From an uncultured Bacteroidaceae bacterium (lineage in GTDB: Bacteria > Bacteroidota > Bacteroidia > Bacteroidales > SM23-62), in contig CAYOPZ010000013.1 of NCBI GenBank assembly GCA_964406005.1, positions 886-64,885 on the forward strand: 64,000 nt of DNA. The letters are read 5' to 3'. Below are positions 58,659-64,000 of this stretch, one piece after another. Position numbers and translations under genes: made by a program. The notes below the pieces were generated by a model. The model saw only the letters and a program-made list of their open reading frames with translations. It made no database searches and had not been told where the DNA came from. The first letter of the stretch is position 1; every line of letters begins with the position of its first letter.

Positions 58659-58761
58659 GAATAATCCCCTGTAAATGACCCAAACTATTGTCTGAATAAT
58701 TAAAATTCGGTAATTTGGTTTATCCTAATGTAATAATCATCAGGCCAAATGTTTTGATTGC

Positions 58762-59949
58762 ATGAAATTTCAAGTAAACCGTTTTTATTGTATCCTGTTG
58801 CTTTTTCTTACATCATGCGAGCCATGGACCCTTGAAAAAAGACCGGATCATGATTTCATCACTTTTGTGACAACCGTGCAGGACAATGCCGACAAGGAAA
58901 GCTGGGGGATTATTAATGACGGGGGCGGATATGTTGTCGTCGGGACAAGTGAAGTACACGGCTCAGGCAACCCGGATGTATATCTGATAAAGGTCAATGA
59001 TACAGGCGTAAAACAGTGGCATTCCAGCTTCGGGGACAGTGATCCCGAGCAAGGGACGGCAATTATTGAACGCAGGGATGATCAGGGATATGTAATAGTC
59101 GGGAATAAAAATGCAGGTGGGAGTGACTGGCAGATGTATCTTATAAATACAGATCTTCAGGGAAATAAAATCTGGGAAGGGAAGTACGGCTGGATCAACG
59201 AGGACAAAGGCTTTTCTTTGGTTCAGTTGCAGGACGGGGGCTTCCTGCTTCTGGGGCACTCCCTGACATGGGAAGCTGCCGGCCTTGGTACAGAGGCAGT
59301 GATCTATAAAACGCTGGCAAACGGGGATGAACAGGCGAGATACCAGTTTGGCAATCCTGTAGTAAACGGCACTGATCTGGATGATTTCGGACATTCCATT
59401 ATCGGTTCCGGTGACGGGAATTTCATCATGCTGATTACCTGCGAGGACAAAAACACTTCGGGAACGTATAATATACATCTGGTAAAACTGGATGGTTCTT
59501 CCCTGAGTGTTATCTGGGATCAGACACTGATCGAAAACTGCTTCCCTATGAATGCTTCCGTAATTGCATTAAGCGATGGATATGCAGTTTTGGGGGCTTT
59601 AACCAACAATAAACTATCTCTTGTGAGAACCAATACCGGAGGTACCGGCCGCTGGGAACACTCGTATGACAATTGTGATTGCGCCAGGGGCGCTTCCGTT
59701 ATACAAACCCGGGATAACGGGTTCCTGATACTCAGCTCGGGAATGACGCTGATCAAGACCGATGAAAACGGAGTGGAATCGGCAAGAACCGATTTTGGTG
59801 GGGAAGTGCTCGGAAACCGCTGCATCCTGGAGGCGGGCGACGGAGGATATGTATTCACAGGGGTATTTGAAAACAGATCTTCCGGCATCAAGGAACTGAA
59901 GATCGTGAAAATGTACCCTGACATTACCAGCTCTTCACCGGATCTGTAA
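58762..59949 (+). CDS. Hypothetical lipoprotein with repeated beta-propeller-like blades
   Basis: Lipobox LTSC; repeated GGYVVVG / YLI.T...G...W units. Confidence 0.75.
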   Translation: MKFQVNRFYCILLLFLTSCEPWTLEKRPDHDFITFVTTVQDNADKESWGIINDGGGYVVVGTSEVHGSGNPDVYLIKVNDTGVKQWHSSFGDSDPEQGTAIIERRDDQGYVIVGNKNAGGSDWQMYLINTDLQGNKIWEGKYGWINEDKGFSLVQLQDGGFLLLGHSLTWEAAGLGTEAVIYKTLANGDEQARYQFGNPVVNGTDLDDFGHSIIGSGDGNFIMLITCEDKNTSGTYNIHLVKLDGSSLSVIWDQTLIENCFPMNASVIALSDGYAVLGALTNNKLSLVRTNTGGTGRWEHSYDNCDCARGASVIQTRDNGFLILSSGMTLIKTDENGVESARTDFGGEVLGNRCILEAGDGGYVFTGVFENRSSGIKELKIVKMYPDITSSSPDL

Positions 59950-59984
59950 GCTGCATCCTGTTCAGAAAGCCAGGCATTCGCTCA

Positions 59985-62900
59985 TTATTCCTTTATGAAT
60001 TTCCGGTTGATCACACGATCTTCCTTAACAATCCTGATGAAATAGATACCTGCCTTCCACTCCTTAACATTGAATTCCTGCCTCACTGATCCGGGTTCCG
60101 AAATAAATTGATGCACACGAATCAGTTGTCCCGTTTCAGAGTAGAAGCTGACAGAGGTCTTTTCCCTGGCCGTTGAATGAAATTCAATGGTTACGGTCTG
60201 CGAAGCCGGATTGGGATAAATTTCAATATCCCTGAGGGTCAGGGCATTGATCCCGGATACCGGTTCATTCGACCATTCGGCCTGAAAGCCTGTCCCGGTA
60301 ATGGTGTCGTTCGTGGTGAAACGGATGAACATCGAGTTGCCGGATCTGACCAGGGCGGGAGGGGGACCGTCATTATTGTACTGGCCAATTAAAGGAGCTG
60401 TTGCATCGCTTCCGTTGTATACCCTTACAAAATCCCCGGCTTTGATGTCAAATGGCTCGTCAAAACTCAGGTAGATGCTGTCCACACCGGTCGGCAGCAG
60501 TGTCCATGAGCAATCCAGGTTGTTCCTGTACAGATTGTTCGTGCAGCCGAAACTGAATGTGCCGCTTGCCTCGAAATAGGTTTCCTGTCCGCAGGCCGGG
60601 CAGTACACGAACAGATCGATGGAATCCCTGCCTGTGCAGCCGTATTGATTTGTCCCGACGAGGATGTAGGTAGTGTTTTCATTGGGAGAGGCCGTAACCT
60701 GGGCGCCCGTGGTGCCGCTCAAACCGCCTGCAGGGCTCCATACATAGCTGTCGGCCCCGGAGGCATTCAGGCTGGTGTTGCTTCCCCGGTCGATCGGGTT
60801 CCGGACGGCTGTGATGCCGACCACCGGGTTGGGGTGGATCACAATGGTCACCGAGTCGGATTTGTCACAACCCGTGGAGTCGATGGTTTCTGTCAGGTAA
60901 TATTTATAGGTTTCCGGAACCACCGGATGTACGACCGGGTCTGCCTGCGCGGAAGCCAGGTCTCCCTGGCTGGATGTCCAGGAGTAGCTGTGGGCCGTGT
61001 TTTCTGCGGTTCCCAGGTGAAAGTCCCGGGAGTCTGCTTCACAGATTTCCTGGTCCTCAAGTACGGCCGGATCCGGAACAGGGTTTATGGCCAGTGCAAG
61101 CTGTTTGTTCAGGCTTTCGCATCCGTCTGCCGTCTGTGTGGCATAATAGGGATATATACCGACTTCCGTTTCGCCGGTTGCATAGCTGTTCCCCGATCCA
61201 AGCAGGGTGGACCGCCCGGCATCCGCGTACCAGTTTATGCTGCTTCCTGCCGCAGTGAGATCGGGAACGCTCTCCCCGTAGCAGACTGCCTGGCTGTCGG
61301 CAACCGGTGCATCGGGCCTGGGCTTGATCCGCAGGGTATCGTATCCGGCTTCACTTTCGCAGCCGGATACCGTTTGTGTCGGATAGTAGTAATAGTATCC
61401 CGCAAGCGTATCCCCGGTGGAATAGGTATTACCGGTGTGGACCGGGGTATTCAGCGCCTCGTCCTCATACCACTGTATATTTTCCCCTGAAACGTAAAGG
61501 TCCGGCACGTTCTCCCCGAAACAGGAGACGGAAATGTCGCCTGCGGGCGGATCCGGCTGGGGATGGATGGTCAGCCGGCTTGTATCCGCATCGCTCTCGC
61601 AGCCGTCCGTGGTCTGGGTAACGTAGAATGCCGTGTCAACGGCGCCGGAAATACCGGATGCATAGCTGGTTCCCGAACCCACCTGGTTTGTCAGCCCCGG
61701 ATCGGAGTACCACTTCAGGTCCGTACCCGTGGCCGTGAAATCCGGTGTCGGTTCATATTCACAGATGACCGAATCAGAGGCGGGCGGGATCGCCGGTGTC
61801 GTTTTGATGGTCAGGGTGGCCGAGTCGGCCCGGCTCTCGCTTTCGTTGATGGTCTGGGTCACGTAGTACTTGTAGGATCCCGCCGCCGTCTGTCCGGTGC
61901 TGAAGGAATTCCCGGCAGCCAGCATACTCGTAAGCGCCCTGTCTGCATACCATTTAATGCCGCTGCCCGTGGCCGTCAGGGGAGGAATGGATCTTGTCGT
62001 ACACCCCGAGGCATCATTCGCAACCGGGGGCAGGCAGAATTCGTCCGCCCCGATATCCGGGGCAGTGGCATCTCTCATTTCTCCATCGATATCATCGGTG
62101 ACTTCAGAAAGCGGTGTGCCGGCATCATTGAGAAGCGGATCCGGGAAATGCGGATCACCGGCGGATGGCAACCCGGGATCGATCGAAAGAGAATTTGCAT
62201 CCAATCCGGATGCGGACCTCCAGGCCGCGAGGTCAGACCGGCCGGCAAGATTCCAGAAACCCAGGGTGTCCCCTGATGTATACAGGTCATTGTAATCGCT
62301 CGAAATCCCGGTAGTCTGGTCAGCATAAAAGGAATACCCATTTGCCGAATTCATCAGGATGTTGTTGTATACCTCTATGTCCGAACTTGTGGAACGTATG
62401 TATATTGACTTGGAAGTTATTTGATTACCAGTGATTTCTACTGTGTTATTGAGTACCTTGGTATAATTCGACGAGCGCACATATATTCCCTGTCCATAAG
62501 TTCCCGTGGATTCGATGTTCGTCCTGACGTAATTATTCGATACGATCCCCTCTTTTCCCGGCTGGCCGTCGCAACTGAACAAATAGATGGCATAGCATTC
62601 CTTACTTGAACCGGCGACAACCCGGTTCTTATCCACGAGCAACGCATCATCGCCATAGTACAGGACCAGGCCCGAGTATGTTTGAGTGGTACCCGTGATG
62701 CAGCGGTTGTTCCTTACGACAGGTGCAATACTGTACCGCAATCGTATTCCGTAGGACAATTGATCAAGGCATTCGTTATTCTCAAGAATGAACCCCTTTG
62801 CATACTCACCGGACTGTCCCTGCAGGTAAACCGCATTGCTTCCGTACCTGAACAGGTTATCCGATATCTCTATGCTGTCTCCCACCCAATCGGTCGTGCC

Positions 62901-64000
62901 GTTCATTAAATATCCTTCAATAACCGAAGCGTATTGCGTGCCGATAAACCGATTGCCGGCGAATTCCAGGTTCCCGGAGCTTCCCCGGATGTCGAAAATG
63001 GTTGCATAATCCGTTCCTTCCGACTGGAATGTTAAATTGCGGAATGCCAGATGCCGGGCTTCATCAAGGCGTACCGTAAAGTTATCACCGGAACCGCCTG
63101 GCGAATAGGTCAGGATTGCCAGGGAACTGTCTCCTGAAGCCGATTGGAATGTAACCGTATTGATTCCGGAGGAATTGACTATTGCCGGAATGGTAATTTG
63201 TTCCGTGTAGGTACCGTCCTCCACATTAAATGTCACAGCCCCTCTTAAGCCGCCATCGATCAGCGCCTGGACCGCATTCGTAAAGTCCGGATAGTCACCC
63301 GACGAACCGATGGTATAAGCTCCTCCCAGTGCGGGATAAACAAATTCGTCGGCACCCATGCAGGGCGCGGACAGATCCCGGGCTTCCCCGTCAATATCGT
63401 CCGGGATGTCGGAGCTTAACGGGGTGCCTGACTGCAGACCGGTATTTGCAGTATGGAGGTTCGAATTGCTGAAGAAATAAGGGTCCACTGATATTGAATT
63501 CATCCCCTGGCCGGAAACGGACCTCCAGGAGCTGAGATCAGTTGTTTCTTCACCCCAGTATGCAAACTGGGGGCCGGTTGCATACAAATCGTTGAAATCG
63601 CTTGTAATTCCGCTGGTTGTCTCATTGTAGATCGTATGTCCGCCGGACTGGTTGGCAATGACGTTGTTCTTGATCTCAACCTGGGAATGGCTGTTTTTGA
63701 TATGCATCGATTTTCCTCCGGCAGAATTACCGGTCAGGTTTACGGTGTTGTGATAATATTTTATGTAGCTGTTGTTATCCGATACAATGCCATTCTGACT
63801 ATAGCCGACCGAGTGAATACGGATGAAGTTGTTGCCGATGAGGATTTCCTTTCCGGAGGCACCCTCGCAATAGCCCATCGAAATCCCGTTTCCACCGTAA
63901 TTATTCTCCTTTTGTATCTCATTGTCCTTAATAATGCATTTATTATAGCAATAACTGGCGCTGATGCCGTAGAAAGCCGAACTCAGAACATTGCTCTCTA
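59985..64000 (-). CDS. Large T9SS type-A cargo protein: parallel beta-helix modules, Ig-like repeats, CUB domain, CTD; 5'-truncated by the window edge
   Basis: The frame is open to the window edge. It has DIDGE.RD..AP..GADEF twice, YY.TQT..GCES repeats, a CUB domain (Y.NN.DCSW...DFV.VY.G...F.T......GF) and a CTD (IYPNP...GIYFIRI...KFIKE). Confidence 0.9.
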   Translation of the reverse strand, partial: ESNVLSSAFYGISASYCYNKCIIKDNEIQKENNYGGNGISMGYCEGASGKEILIGNNFIRIHSVGYSQNGIVSDNNSYIKYYHNTVNLTGNSAGGKSMHIKNSHSQVEIKNNVIANQSGGHTIYNETTSGITSDFNDLYATGPQFAYWGEETTDLSSWRSVSGQGMNSISVDPYFFSNSNLHTANTGLQSGTPLSSDIPDDIDGEARDLSAPCMGADEFVYPALGGAYTIGSSGDYPDFTNAVQALIDGGLRGAVTFNVEDGTYTEQITIPAIVNSSGINTVTFQSASGDSSLAILTYSPGGSGDNFTVRLDEARHLAFRNLTFQSEGTDYATIFDIRGSSGNLEFAGNRFIGTQYASVIEGYLMNGTTDWVGDSIEISDNLFRYGSNAVYLQGQSGEYAKGFILENNECLDQLSYGIRLRYSIAPVVRNNRCITGTTQTYSGLVLYYGDDALLVDKNRVVAGSSKECYAIYLFSCDGQPGKEGIVSNNYVRTNIESTGTYGQGIYVRSSNYTKVLNNTVEITGNQITSKSIYIRSTSSDIEVYNNILMNSANGYSFYADQTTGISSDYNDLYTSGDTLGFWNLAGRSDLAAWRSASGLDANSLSIDPGLPSAGDPHFPDPLLNDAGTPLSEVTDDIDGEMRDATAPDIGADEFCLPPVANDASGCTTRSIPPLTATGSGIKWYADRALTSMLAAGNSFSTGQTAAGSYKYYVTQTINESESRADSATLTIKTTPAIPPASDSVICEYEPTPDFTATGTDLKWYSDPGLTNQVGSGTSYASGISGAVDTAFYVTQTTDGCESDADTSRLTIHPQPDPPAGDISVSCFGENVPDLYVSGENIQWYEDEALNTPVHTGNTYSTGDTLAGYYYYYPTQTVSGCESEAGYDTLRIKPRPDAPVADSQAVCYGESVPDLTAAGSSINWYADAGRSTLLGSGNSYATGETEVGIYPYYATQTADGCESLNKQLALAINPVPDPAVLEDQEICEADSRDFHLGTAENTAHSYSWTSSQGDLASAQADPVVHPVVPETYKYYLTETIDSTGCDKSDSVTIVIHPNPVVGITAVRNPIDRGSNTSLNASGADSYVWSPAGGLSGTTGAQVTASPNENTTYILVGTNQYGCTGRDSIDLFVYCPACGQETYFEASGTFSFGCTNNLYRNNLDCSWTLLPTGVDSIYLSFDEPFDIKAGDFVRVYNGSDATAPLIGQYNNDGPPPALVRSGNSMFIRFTTNDTITGTGFQAEWSNEPVSGINALTLRDIEIYPNPASQTVTIEFHSTAREKTSVSFYSETGQLIRVHQFISEPGSVRQEFNVKEWKAGIYFIRIVKEDRVINRKFIKE
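61100..62030 (-). repeat. Four intragenic 80-aa Ig-like repeats, period 240 bp
   Basis: TQT motif codons at plus-strand 61132, 61372, 61612 and 61852. Confidence 0.8.

Noticed and set aside
1-64000. CRISPR arrays, tRNA/rRNA, integrases, transposases, reverse transcriptases or invertible promoters
   Set aside because: None recognised; all periodic repeats found are in-frame protein domain repeats.

Overview
A 64-kb, gene-dense chromosomal segment of an anaerobic Bacteroidota (Bacteroidales-like) bacterium, judged from T9SS cargo genes, SusC/SusD, ECF-sigma/FecR and TAnnTTTG -7 promoters. In order it holds: a T9SS type-B cargo with its PorP/SprF partner; a TonB receptor; a LiaF-LytS-LytTR module; a sugar nucleotidyltransferase/kinase pair; type I glnA; patatin and MATE genes; an HDAC-like deacetylase; SiaC; a metallopeptidase-PD40-Omp85 protein; and two esterases. 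Next come a 10-gene DUF134/NifX/MinD-ferredoxin ('Orange-protein'-like) cluster and an ECF-controlled PUL (susCD, two DUF1593 proteins, GH2, GH30) joined to the xylR-xylBAE-galM xylose operon. The window ends with dps, a Crp/Fnr-linked dsrE2-tusA-mvhD-hdrA-hdrA-wHTH-qmoC-like operon, and a large T9SS type-A cargo. The most interesting element is the Qmo/Hdr-like operon: it pairs sulfur carriers with an atypical MvhD and two complementary HdrA proteins, and no aprAB or hdrB occurs in the window. Also notable are a predicted cis-antisense sRNA upstream of susC, a terminator directly upstream of fecR, and the paired DUF1593 genes in a xylose PUL. No rRNA, tRNA, CRISPR array or mobile element was seen. 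All calls come from motif recognition by eye, with no database searches.
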